The position numbers were made by a program, and so were the translations under genes. A stretch of 35,795 nucleotides of DNA from Rubricoccaceae bacterium (GTDB lineage: Bacteria > Bacteroidota > Rhodothermia > Rhodothermales > Rubricoccaceae), in assembly GCA_043789155.1 (NCBI GenBank), contig JAYWIE010000465.1, forward strand, positions 1 to 35,795, given 5' to 3'. Shown here one piece after another: positions 15,371-23,300 of the stretch; position 1 is the first letter of the stretch, and each line of letters starts with the position of its first letter. The notes beneath the pieces were generated by a model. The model was given only the letters and a program-made list of their open reading frames with translations, was not told the DNA's origin and did not search any database.

Positions 15371-16241
15371 CCTCCCCTGGAAACGGCCCTCTGCGGAGAC
15401 CAGGACGGCGTACGGGATGCTCGTCCCGACGCTCGTCTTCTTCGTCGTCTTCCAGTACTACCCGATCCTGAAAAGCATCGGGATCAGCTTCTTCGACTAC
15501 GGCCTGCTCCGCCGCGACACGCCGTTCGTCGGGATGGCGAACTACGTCCGCCAGTTCCACGACCCGCTCTTCCTCGCGGCGATCCGCAACACGCTCGTCT
15601 TCGTCAGCGCGGCCGTCGTGATCGGCGTGATCCTGGCGCTCGCGCTGTCGGTGCTCGTCGAGCAGACGGGTCGCTGGGCCCAGTTCTACCGCACGCTCTA
15701 CTTCATCCCCGTCGTGACGTCGCTCATGGCGACGTCGATGGTCTGGCGGTGGCTCTACGCCTCGAACGGGCTCATCAACTTCGGGATGGCCGCGATGGGC
15801 TTCGAGCCCCAGGCGTGGCTGCTGAGCGAGCACCTCGCGCTGCCGTCGCTGGTCGTGCTGACGGTCTGGAAAAACCTCGGCTTCGACCTCATCCTGTTCG
15901 TCGCCGCGCTGCAGGCCATCCCCGGCGACCTCTACGAGGCGTCCAGCCTCCAGGGCGCGACGGCCTGGCAGAACTTCCGCTACATCACGCTCCCGATGCT
16001 CCGGCCGATGGTCGTGCTCGTCGCCGTGACGGCCGTCATCCGGTCGTTCCAGGTGTTCACGATCGTCGTGGCGATGACCCAGGGCGGGCCCGTCAACGCG
16101 ACGCGCAGCGTGGTCTACCACATCTACGAGCAGGGCGTCCAGTACGACGAGATGGGCTACGCCTCGGCGGCGGCCGTCATCCTGCTGATCCTCGTCGGGG
16201 TCGTCACCTTCTTCCAGCTCCGGCTGGACCGCGAACCCTGA
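15357..16241 (+). CDS. ABC transporter permease (carbohydrate type, MalF/UgpA-like)
   Basis: 294 aa with multiple TM segments. The EAA loop reads YEASSLQGATAWQNFRYITLPMLRP. It overlaps the upstream gene by 14 nt. Confidence 0.9.
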   Translation: MATHSLPWKRPSAETRTAYGMLVPTLVFFVVFQYYPILKSIGISFFDYGLLRRDTPFVGMANYVRQFHDPLFLAAIRNTLVFVSAAVVIGVILALALSVLVEQTGRWAQFYRTLYFIPVVTSLMATSMVWRWLYASNGLINFGMAAMGFEPQAWLLSEHLALPSLVVLTVWKNLGFDLILFVAALQAIPGDLYEASSLQGATAWQNFRYITLPMLRPMVVLVAVTAVIRSFQVFTIVVAMTQGGPVNATRSVVYHIYEQGVQYDEMGYASAAAVILLILVGVVTFFQLRLDREP

Positions 16242-16249
16242 GGTGCACC

Positions 16250-16330
16250 ATGGTCGGACGCCGAGACATGCTCAAGCGCGCCGTGCAGGCAGCCGGCCTC
16301 GCCGCGCTGCCTCTGGTATCGGCTGCGGCT
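16250..16330 (+). other. Twin-arginine (Tat) signal peptide
   Basis: GRRDMLK matches the S/T-R-R-x-F-L-K consensus in the key positions. A hydrophobic AAGLAALPLV segment and an AAA cleavage-like site follow. Confidence 0.7.
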
Positions 16331-17569
16331 GAGACCCGCCCGCTCGTGCGGGTGCCGGCCGTGCGGCCGGCCGTGCGGCCGGCCGTGCGGCCAGCCGCGC
16401 TGCCGGCGGCCGCGGACCCGGACTACTGGGACCGCGTGCGCGACCTCTATCCGCTCACGCGCGAGCGGGCCTACCTCAACGCGGGCGGGCTCGGCCCCGC
16501 GCCGTACCCGGTCCTCGACGCCGTCGCGCGGCTGACGGCCGAGCTGCAGCGGATCTCCGAGCACGGGCACGAGCACATCGAGCCGGCGCGCGTCGCCGTC
16601 GCGGCGTTCCTCGGGGCGTCGCCGGCCGAGATCGCGCTCACGCGCAACGCGACCGAGGGCAACGCGACCATCGCCTCGGGCCTCGACCTGCGCCCCGGCG
16701 ACGAGGTCGTCTTCGAGTCCCACGCGCACCCCGGCGGCTCGTTCGCGTGGATGAGCCGCCAGCTCAGCCGCGGCATCCGCGTCCGCACCTTCGAGCCTGA
16801 CCCGACGAGCGCTGCCGGCAACCTCGAGCGCATCGCGGCGCAGCTCACGCCGCGGACGCGCGTGATCCAGGTCAGCCACGTCACGGCACCGACCGGCATC
16901 CGGATGCCGGTCGAGCAGATCGCGGTGCTCGCCCGCGACCGCGGCCTGTGGTTCCACATCGACGGCGCGCAGTCCGCCGGCATGATCCCCGTCGACCTCC
17001 ACGCCATCGGGTGCGACTCGTACGCTACGTGCGGGCACAAGTGGATGGGCGGGCCGCACGGAACGGGTGCCCTCTACGTCCGCCAGGACCGTCTCGGCGA
17101 GATCATGCCGACCGAGGTCGGTGCCTACAGCGACGGCGGCGACGTCCGCCTGCCGGACCGGTTCTCATACGCCCCGACGGCCGTCCGCTACGAGCCGGGG
17201 ACGCGCAACGCGGCCCTGGACGTCGGGCTGGCGGCGGCGGCGGCGTTCCAGACCGAGATCGGGACGGAGCGCATCGCCGCGCGAAGTCAGCACCTGGCGC
17301 ACTACCTCCAGGGCCAGCTCCGCGAGATCCCGGGCGTCGAGATCCTGACGCCGGCCGACCCCGCGCTCTCCGCGGCCATCACGACGCTCCGGACCGCGCG
17401 CGTGCCGTACCGCGAGCTCGACGCGCGCTACCACGCGGCCGGCCTCCGCTGCCGCATCGTCGGTGAGCAGGGGATCGACGCCGTGCGCGTCTCGACCCAC
17501 ATCTACACCAGCGAGGCCGAGTGCGACCGCGTCGCCGACGCGACGCGCGCAGCCCTCGGCCAGCGCTAA
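16250..17569 (+). CDS. Tat-signal-bearing aminotransferase class V fold PLP-dependent enzyme
   Basis: This is the C-terminal 439 codons of track ORF 15749..17569, starting at ATG 16250. The N-terminus MVGRRDMLKRAVQAAGLAALPLVSAAA carries a twin-arginine motif plus an h-region. Class V motifs are present: RAYLNAGGLGP, TRNATEG, HIDGAQSAG and TCGHKWMGGPHGTGALY (PLP lysine). Confidence 0.85.
   Translation: MVGRRDMLKRAVQAAGLAALPLVSAAAETRPLVRVPAVRPAVRPAVRPAALPAAADPDYWDRVRDLYPLTRERAYLNAGGLGPAPYPVLDAVARLTAELQRISEHGHEHIEPARVAVAAFLGASPAEIALTRNATEGNATIASGLDLRPGDEVVFESHAHPGGSFAWMSRQLSRGIRVRTFEPDPTSAAGNLERIAAQLTPRTRVIQVSHVTAPTGIRMPVEQIAVLARDRGLWFHIDGAQSAGMIPVDLHAIGCDSYATCGHKWMGGPHGTGALYVRQDRLGEIMPTEVGAYSDGGDVRLPDRFSYAPTAVRYEPGTRNAALDVGLAAAAAFQTEIGTERIAARSQHLAHYLQGQLREIPGVEILTPADPALSAAITTLRTARVPYRELDARYHAAGLRCRIVGEQGIDAVRVSTHIYTSEAECDRVADATRAALGQR
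16361..16396 (+). repeat. 12-nt tandem repeat x3 (GTGCGGCCGGCC, third copy GTGCGGCCAGCC) encoding (VRPA)3
   Basis: Read directly from the sequence. It sits immediately after the Tat signal peptide. Degenerate related sequence precedes it (16346..16360). Confidence 0.9.
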
Positions 17570-17575
17570 CCCACT

Positions 17576-18487
17576 GTGGCACACCTCCCGACCGTCCTCC
17601 CGGCCCTCCCGCAGCCGGCCCCGCGCCGGCGGTGGCGACGCCCCGCAGCCGGGAGCGTCGCGGTCCACGCCGTGCTGCTGCTCGGCGGCCTTGTCATGGT
17701 CGGGCCGCTCGTGTGGATGGTGCTCACGTCGCTCAAGACGTCCGCCAACGCGGAGGCCTTCTTCAACACGCCGCACCAGATCGGGGCTGTGCTCCGGAGC
17801 CTCTGGCCGGACCCGCTCACGCTGGACAACTACCGCGCGGTGTTCAGCGAGCGGCCGATGGGGCTCTACTTCCTCAACAGCGCCCTCTACACCGTCCTCC
17901 GCCTCATCCCGAGCCTGTTCCTCTGCTCGATGGCCGGCTACGTCTTCGCCAAGATGACCTTCCCGGGGCGGGACTGGATCTTCGGGGCCATCATCGTCAC
18001 GATGATGATCCCGTTCCAGATCAAGATGCTGACGCTCTACGAGATGATGGTCCGCGCCGGCTGGGTGGACTCCTACTGGGGCGTCGTCGTCGTCGGGCTG
18101 ATGGAGCCGCTGGGCATCTTCCTCTTCCGCCAGTCCATCCGCAACATCCCCGACGCACTGCTCGACGCCGCGCGCATGGACGGGGCCGGGCCGGTGCGGA
18201 TCTATTTCAGCATCGTGCTGCCGCTCATCCGCCCGACGCTGGCGGCCTACAGCATCTTCCTGTTCATGTGGTCCTGGAGCGACTTCCTGTGGCCGCTGAT
18301 CGTCATCAACACCGAGGCGCTCAAGCCGATCGAGGTCGGCATCCTGAGCTTCTCGGACCTCAACAATCCCGACTACGTCAAGATGATGGCCGCGGCGACG
18401 GTCGCCGTCGCGCCGGTCGTGGTGTTCTTCCTCTTCATGCAGCGCCAGTTCATCAAGGGCGTCACGCTCAGCGGGGTCAAGGGATGA
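17576..18487 (+). CDS. ABC transporter permease (carbohydrate type, MalG/UgpE-like)
   Basis: 303 aa with a GTG start. Motifs: PLVWMVLTSLKT and the EAA loop LDAARMDGAGPVRIYFSIVLPLIRP. Confidence 0.9.
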   Translation: MAHLPTVLPALPQPAPRRRWRRPAAGSVAVHAVLLLGGLVMVGPLVWMVLTSLKTSANAEAFFNTPHQIGAVLRSLWPDPLTLDNYRAVFSERPMGLYFLNSALYTVLRLIPSLFLCSMAGYVFAKMTFPGRDWIFGAIIVTMMIPFQIKMLTLYEMMVRAGWVDSYWGVVVVGLMEPLGIFLFRQSIRNIPDALLDAARMDGAGPVRIYFSIVLPLIRPTLAAYSIFLFMWSWSDFLWPLIVINTEALKPIEVGILSFSDLNNPDYVKMMAAATVAVAPVVVFFLFMQRQFIKGVTLSGVKG

Positions 18488-19341
18488 CGACGCCCCGCAC
18501 CCTGTCTGTCGGCGTCGTCACGGACGAGATCTCGCGCGCGTTGCCCGAGGCGCTGGAGGCGGCGCAGGCGTGGGGCCTGTCCCGCGTCGAGCTCCGCGAG
18601 GGCGCGAGGCACCGCTTCCCGTACCTCGCGCCCGGCGAGTTCGCGGCCGTGGACGCATGGCGGCGGGGCGGGGGAGAGGTCACGGCCGTCTCGCCGGGCC
18701 TCTTCAAGGCGAGCGTGGCCGACTACGCGCGCCTCCGCCACGACCTCGACGAGGTGCTGCCGCGCTCGGTCGAGCGCGCCGCGCAGCTCGGCGCTCCGAT
18801 GCTGATCGTGTTCGGGTTCGAGCGCGGCGCGGCCGAGCCGCCCGAGAACCGCCGCCGCGTGCTCTCCGCGCTGGCCGCGGCCGCCGAGCTGGCCGCCGAG
18901 GCGGGCCTGCTCGTCGCCGTCGAGAACGAGCCGGGCTTCTGGGTGGACCATCCCGAGGCGTCGATGGAGCTCATCCGGGAGGTGGACCACCCGGCGCTGG
19001 GGCTCAACTGGGACCCCGCCAACCTGCACTGGGGCGGCCGCCGCCCGACGCCCGCCGACGTGCGGACGGTCGCGCCGGCCCTGCTCAACGTCCACGTCAA
19101 GGACTACGGCGCGGGCCGGCCGGAGGCCCCGTGGTGGCCGGTCGGCGCGGGCGAGACGCCGTGGGCGTCCCTGCTCGGCAGCCTCCTCCGAGACACCGGC
19201 ATCGGCGCGGTGACGCTCGAGACGCACTGCGACCCGCCGGCCGAGTCGTCCTTCGCCAGCCTCGCCGCCCTCCGCCGCCTCATCGCCGCCGCCGAGGTGT
19301 CGGCCGCCGAGGTGTCGGCCGCTTCTACCCCGGTCCGATGA
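18484..19341 (+). CDS. Sugar phosphate isomerase/epimerase (xylose isomerase-like TIM barrel)
   Basis: Starts at ATG 18484, in an ATGA overlap with the permease stop. Motifs: VELREG, MLIVFG, LVAVENEPG, LGLNWDPANL, VHVKDY and VTLETH. Confidence 0.75.
   Translation: MTTPRTLSVGVVTDEISRALPEALEAAQAWGLSRVELREGARHRFPYLAPGEFAAVDAWRRGGGEVTAVSPGLFKASVADYARLRHDLDEVLPRSVERAAQLGAPMLIVFGFERGAAEPPENRRRVLSALAAAAELAAEAGLLVAVENEPGFWVDHPEASMELIREVDHPALGLNWDPANLHWGGRRPTPADVRTVAPALLNVHVKDYGAGRPEAPWWPVGAGETPWASLLGSLLRDTGIGAVTLETHCDPPAESSFASLAALRRLIAAAEVSAAEVSAASTPVR
19288..19317 (+). repeat. 15-nt tandem duplication (GCCGCCGAGGTGTCG x2) encoding AAEVS-AAEVS
   Basis: Exact repeat read from the sequence, in the C-terminal tail of the TIM-barrel gene. 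Confidence 0.9.
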
Positions 19342-20381
19342 CACGCTCTTCGCCCACCGCCCCCGTCCGCGTCGCCCGCGTCGGCCTCGTCGGCCTCGGC
19401 GGGCACGGCCGCACGATCCGCGACGCTACCGAGGCCGCCGCGAACCTGCACGTCGCCGCCGTCTACGACCCCGACGCCGGCGAGGCTCAGGCGGCGGCTG
19501 CGCAGTTCGGCTGCCCCGCCGCGGCGTCCTACGAGGCCCTGGTCGCGCGCGACGACCTCGACGCCGTCGTCCTCGTGACGCCGAACCACGTCCACCGCGC
19601 GCAGGCCGAGGCGGCGTTCGCGCGTGGGCTCCACGTGTTCGTCGAGAAGCCCATCGCCAACACCGTCGCCGACGGCGAGGCCATGATCCGCGCGGCCGAG
19701 GCTGCGGGGCGCGTCCTCGCGGTCGGGCACAACATGCGGTTCAGCCGCTCGGCGCGGCTGGCGCAGGCGACGCTCGCCGAGGGGCGTCTCGGCGACATCG
19801 TGACGGTCGAGATCCACTTCTCGGGCGATAACACGCGGCGCATGGCCAGCGAGGCGTGGCGGCTCCGGCCGGACCAGTGCCCGCTGCTGCCCGTGATGCA
19901 GCTCGGCATCCACGCGCTCGACCTCGTCCACTTCCTCATCGGCCCCATCGCCGACGTCTCGGCCCTGGCGCGCTCAGTGACGACGCAGCCGGGCGTCGTG
20001 GACAGCGTCGCGGCGTCGTTTCGGACGGCTGCCGGGCCGACCGGGACGATGGTGAGCAACTACTGCACGCGCGTCCACTTCGCGTACCGGATCTCCGGCA
20101 CTGAGGCGACGCTCCACTGCACGCCCCACACGGCCACGCTGCTGCCCGCCGACGGCGCGCCGGCCGAGGAGCACGACTTCGCGGCTGCGGGCCGCGAGAG
20201 CTACGACCGCCTCATGGCCGACTTCGGCGACGCCGTGCGCCTGGGCACGCCGCCCGCCTCCGACGGCTGGAGCGGGCTCCAGGCGCTGGCCGTCGTCGAG
20301 GCGATGTCGGAGAGCGCCGCGCGCGGCGCGTCCGTGTCCGTCTCCCGTTTCACCCACTCGGCCGAGGCTCATGTCGCATAA
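19338..20381 (+). CDS. Gfo/Idh/MocA family NAD(P)-dependent oxidoreductase
   Basis: Starts at ATG 19338, in an ATGA overlap with the upstream stop. Rossmann motif VGLVGLGGHG, VFVEKP motif, and GHNMRF. Confidence 0.85.
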   Translation: MTRSSPTAPVRVARVGLVGLGGHGRTIRDATEAAANLHVAAVYDPDAGEAQAAAAQFGCPAAASYEALVARDDLDAVVLVTPNHVHRAQAEAAFARGLHVFVEKPIANTVADGEAMIRAAEAAGRVLAVGHNMRFSRSARLAQATLAEGRLGDIVTVEIHFSGDNTRRMASEAWRLRPDQCPLLPVMQLGIHALDLVHFLIGPIADVSALARSVTTQPGVVDSVAASFRTAAGPTGTMVSNYCTRVHFAYRISGTEATLHCTPHTATLLPADGAPAEEHDFAAAGRESYDRLMADFGDAVRLGTPPASDGWSGLQALAVVEAMSESAARGASVSVSRFTHSAEAHVA

Positions 20382-22242
20382 ACCCTTTTTCGCCGCGTGC
20401 GCGCTGCTTCTGCTGGTGTCGCCGGCGGCCGGTCAGCCGGCGGCGGCCCAGACCGCGGGCCCGGTCCGGCGGACCGTCGGCGAGCTGGACCGCGCGTTCC
20501 AGGCCCGCCGCGACTCGGTCATCGACTTCTATGCGAACGCGGTCGAGCCCACGAACCTCTCGCGCGGCGGCTACTTCGAGGTGGCCGCCAGCCTCTACCG
20601 CCGCCGCAACCTCGACTGGAGCCTCGCCCGGCTGGACTCGCTGACGTCCGTGCCGCAGTCCGGCGACATGTTCTGGATGTACCCGTTCACGACGGCGATG
20701 TACGCCGGCCGCGACGTCATCCCGGCACCGATGCAGGCCCGCATGCGCGACCTCTGGCGGACGTACCACCCGTACCGCGGCGACACCGAGAACCACTGGG
20801 CGCTGTACTACTCCACGCTCTACCTCGCCGCGCAGATGTACCCGGGCGAGCCCGGCTCGGCGTGGTTCACGGGTAAGAGCTCGGCCGAGAATATGGCCGA
20901 GGCCGAGGAGTACCTCCGCTCGTGGATGGACCTCGCCACGACCGTCGGGCAGGGCGAGTACGACTCGCCGGGCTATGTCCGCGTCTACATCGCCCCGATG
21001 GCGCTGCTCTACGCCTATGCCGAGGACCCGGCGATGCAGCAGCGCGCCGGGATGATGCTGGAGTTCCTCCTCGCCGACCTCGAGGTGGAGAGCCTCAACG
21101 GCCTCTCCGGCGGTGCCCACAGCCGGACCTACGAGCGCGAGGCGATCCGCCCGTGGCAGGCCCCCGGCGCGCCCCGCCTGTCGTGGCTGCTCTTCGGCAA
21201 CACGCCCTTCGCCCCGATGGGCGAGTCGCTCGTGCTCGCCCTCAGCGGCTACGCGCCGAGCCCGATGCTCCACGCCATCGCGACGCGCCGCGACGCGCCG
21301 TACGTCCACCGGGAGCTCAAGCGGACCCGCCACCGCATCCGCTACAGCGACGCCATGAACGCGCCGGTCTACAAGTACACCCGGATGCGGCCCGAGTACG
21401 TCCTCGGGTCCACGCAGGGCGGCCTGCTCCAGCCGATCCAGCAGCAGACGTGGAGCCTCATCTGGAACGTGGACGACCCGCGCGAGGCGCGCAACACGAT
21501 GATGTCCATCCAGGCGTACTCGTCGCCGCACGAGCTCGGGATGTACTTCGCCGAGTTCCCCGAGTTCGTCACCGAGCTCGTGATCCGCTCGAAGGGCGAG
21601 TACGACTCGCCCGACAAGCTCACCGGCGGCTCACCTTTCGAGCAGGTCGTGCAGGACGAGGACGCCCTCGTCGCGCTCTACGACATCGCCCCGGGGACGC
21701 GCTTCCCGCACATAAACGCCTTCTTCTCAGCCGACCTCCAGGAGCTCACGCAGGACGCCTCGGGCTGGATCTTCGCCCGCGGCGGCGACGCGCTCATCGC
21801 GTACTACCCGCTCGCGCCCTACACCTTCGAGCCGCACCGCGACCTCTGGGACTCGACGCTCGTCCACCGCCGCCTCGTCAGCACGCAGCTGAAGAACGGG
21901 GCCGTCGTGCAGGTGGCCCCGGCCTCGCAGTTCGCCTCGATGGCCGCGTTCCAGGCCGCCGTCCGCGCCCTGCCGCTGGAGACCGCGACGTCGCCCGTGC
22001 CGACCGTTCGCTACACGTCGCTCAGCGGTGCGCGCATCGAGGCGGTCTACGGCCAGACGCCCCGCATCGACGGTGCCCCGGTGGACTACGCGGGCTGGCC
22101 GCTCTACGACGGACCGTTCATGACGTCTGCGCCGGGCAGCCGCATCCTCGACATGCACGACGGCCCGATGCACCGCCGCCTCGACTTCAACACGCTGGCG
22201 GTCACCGACTGGGCCGACTCCGCCAGCCCCGACGCGCCATGA
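20371..22242 (+). CDS. Conserved ~620-aa protein of unknown family, exported paralog of 1049..2857
   Basis: 623 aa with an N-terminal signal peptide (MSHKPFFAACALLLLVSPAAGQPAAAQ). It shares long blocks with 1049..2857 and overlaps the upstream gene by 11 nt. Confidence 0.8.
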   Translation: MSHKPFFAACALLLLVSPAAGQPAAAQTAGPVRRTVGELDRAFQARRDSVIDFYANAVEPTNLSRGGYFEVAASLYRRRNLDWSLARLDSLTSVPQSGDMFWMYPFTTAMYAGRDVIPAPMQARMRDLWRTYHPYRGDTENHWALYYSTLYLAAQMYPGEPGSAWFTGKSSAENMAEAEEYLRSWMDLATTVGQGEYDSPGYVRVYIAPMALLYAYAEDPAMQQRAGMMLEFLLADLEVESLNGLSGGAHSRTYEREAIRPWQAPGAPRLSWLLFGNTPFAPMGESLVLALSGYAPSPMLHAIATRRDAPYVHRELKRTRHRIRYSDAMNAPVYKYTRMRPEYVLGSTQGGLLQPIQQQTWSLIWNVDDPREARNTMMSIQAYSSPHELGMYFAEFPEFVTELVIRSKGEYDSPDKLTGGSPFEQVVQDEDALVALYDIAPGTRFPHINAFFSADLQELTQDASGWIFARGGDALIAYYPLAPYTFEPHRDLWDSTLVHRRLVSTQLKNGAVVQVAPASQFASMAAFQAAVRALPLETATSPVPTVRYTSLSGARIEAVYGQTPRIDGAPVDYAGWPLYDGPFMTSAPGSRILDMHDGPMHRRLDFNTLAVTDWADSASPDAP

Positions 22243-23267
22243 CCCGCCTCCTCGCACCCCTGCTCCTCGCGCTCTGCGGCGCGGCTCCCGTCCACGCACA
22301 GAGCAGCCCCCCGTCCACGCTCCACATCGGCGCGATGCAGTCGCGCGGGTACGTCGTCGGCGGGCGGATCCAGGCCGGCGGCCTCCAGCGCTTCTCCGGC
22401 GACTCGACGTGGACGCACCTCGGCTGGAACACGCCGCGCATCGTCGGCATCGCCGTCGACCCGGTGCGGCCGGACACGATGTATCTCGCCTCGGGCAACG
22501 GCGTCCTGCGGACCTACGACGCCGGCGCGTCGTGGCGCATCACGACGGACTGGCGCGTCACCGAGGTCCAGGACGTCGCCGTAGATCCGCACGACACGGC
22601 CCACGTCTACCTCGCCTCGGCCTACGGCGTCTGGCGCTCGGACGACCATGCCGACTCGTGGACCCAGGCCAACGTCGGCCTCCCGCCGCCGGGCAACACG
22701 TACACCGAGACGGTCGAGGTGGACCGGAGCCGCGCCGGGCGGATCATCGTCGGCACGCAGGACGGCCTCTACGTCTCGACGGACGGCGCGCGCTCGTGGC
22801 GGCGCACCGGCGGGGCCGGCCTCGAGATCCTCGACCTCAACCAGAGCGTCTCCGATCCAACCCGCTGGATCGCCGCCACCCAGGGCCACGGCATCCTGCG
22901 CTCGTCCGACGGCGGCGAGACGTGGCGTCCCGGCCCGCGAGACCTCGCGCAGAAGACGGTCCATGCCGTTGCCATCGACCCGCGCGACGCCACCCGCATG
23001 GTGGCCGTCGGCTGGGACACCGGCGTCCTGCTCACCGAGAACGGCGGGCGCTCGTGGCGCCGCCGGGGCGACCGCCTGCCGACTCAGCGGTTCTACGAGG
23101 CCATCTTCGACGCCAACATCCCCGGCCGCCTGTGGGTGGCCACGCTCGAGGAGGGCGTCTTCACCACCGACGACGCCGGCCGCACGTGGCAGCCGCACGG
23201 CTTCGGCGGGTCGATGGTCTTCGACATGTTTTTCGTCCCGCCCCACAGCTCCCGCTCGGCACACTGA
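22239..23267 (+). CDS. BNR/Asp-box repeat beta-propeller protein, exported paralog of 2854..3783
   Basis: Starts at ATG 22239, in an ATGA overlap. It has a signal peptide (MTRLLAPLLLALCGAAPVHAQ). Asp-box-like repeats: YDAGASW, SDDHADSW, STDGARSW, SSDGGETW, TENGGRSW and TDDAGRTW. Confidence 0.8.
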   Translation: MTRLLAPLLLALCGAAPVHAQSSPPSTLHIGAMQSRGYVVGGRIQAGGLQRFSGDSTWTHLGWNTPRIVGIAVDPVRPDTMYLASGNGVLRTYDAGASWRITTDWRVTEVQDVAVDPHDTAHVYLASAYGVWRSDDHADSWTQANVGLPPPGNTYTETVEVDRSRAGRIIVGTQDGLYVSTDGARSWRRTGGAGLEILDLNQSVSDPTRWIAATQGHGILRSSDGGETWRPGPRDLAQKTVHAVAIDPRDATRMVAVGWDTGVLLTENGGRSWRRRGDRLPTQRFYEAIFDANIPGRLWVATLEEGVFTTDDAGRTWQPHGFGGSMVFDMFFVPPHSSRSAH

Positions 23268-23300
23268 CGAGCACCACCCCCACACCCCACCACCAGTCCC

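Noticed and set aside
16361-16396. Short tandem repeats (here and at 19288..19317) as a possible CRISPR or minisatellite array
   Set aside because: The units are 12-15 nt with no spacers. They sit in frame inside coding sequence, and no cas genes are present.
1049-23267. The duplicated two-gene module as a mobile element or recent segmental duplication
   Set aside because: The copies have diverged at both the nucleotide and protein level and have opposite internal gene order. They also lack flanking inverted or direct repeats and have no transposase or integrase nearby.
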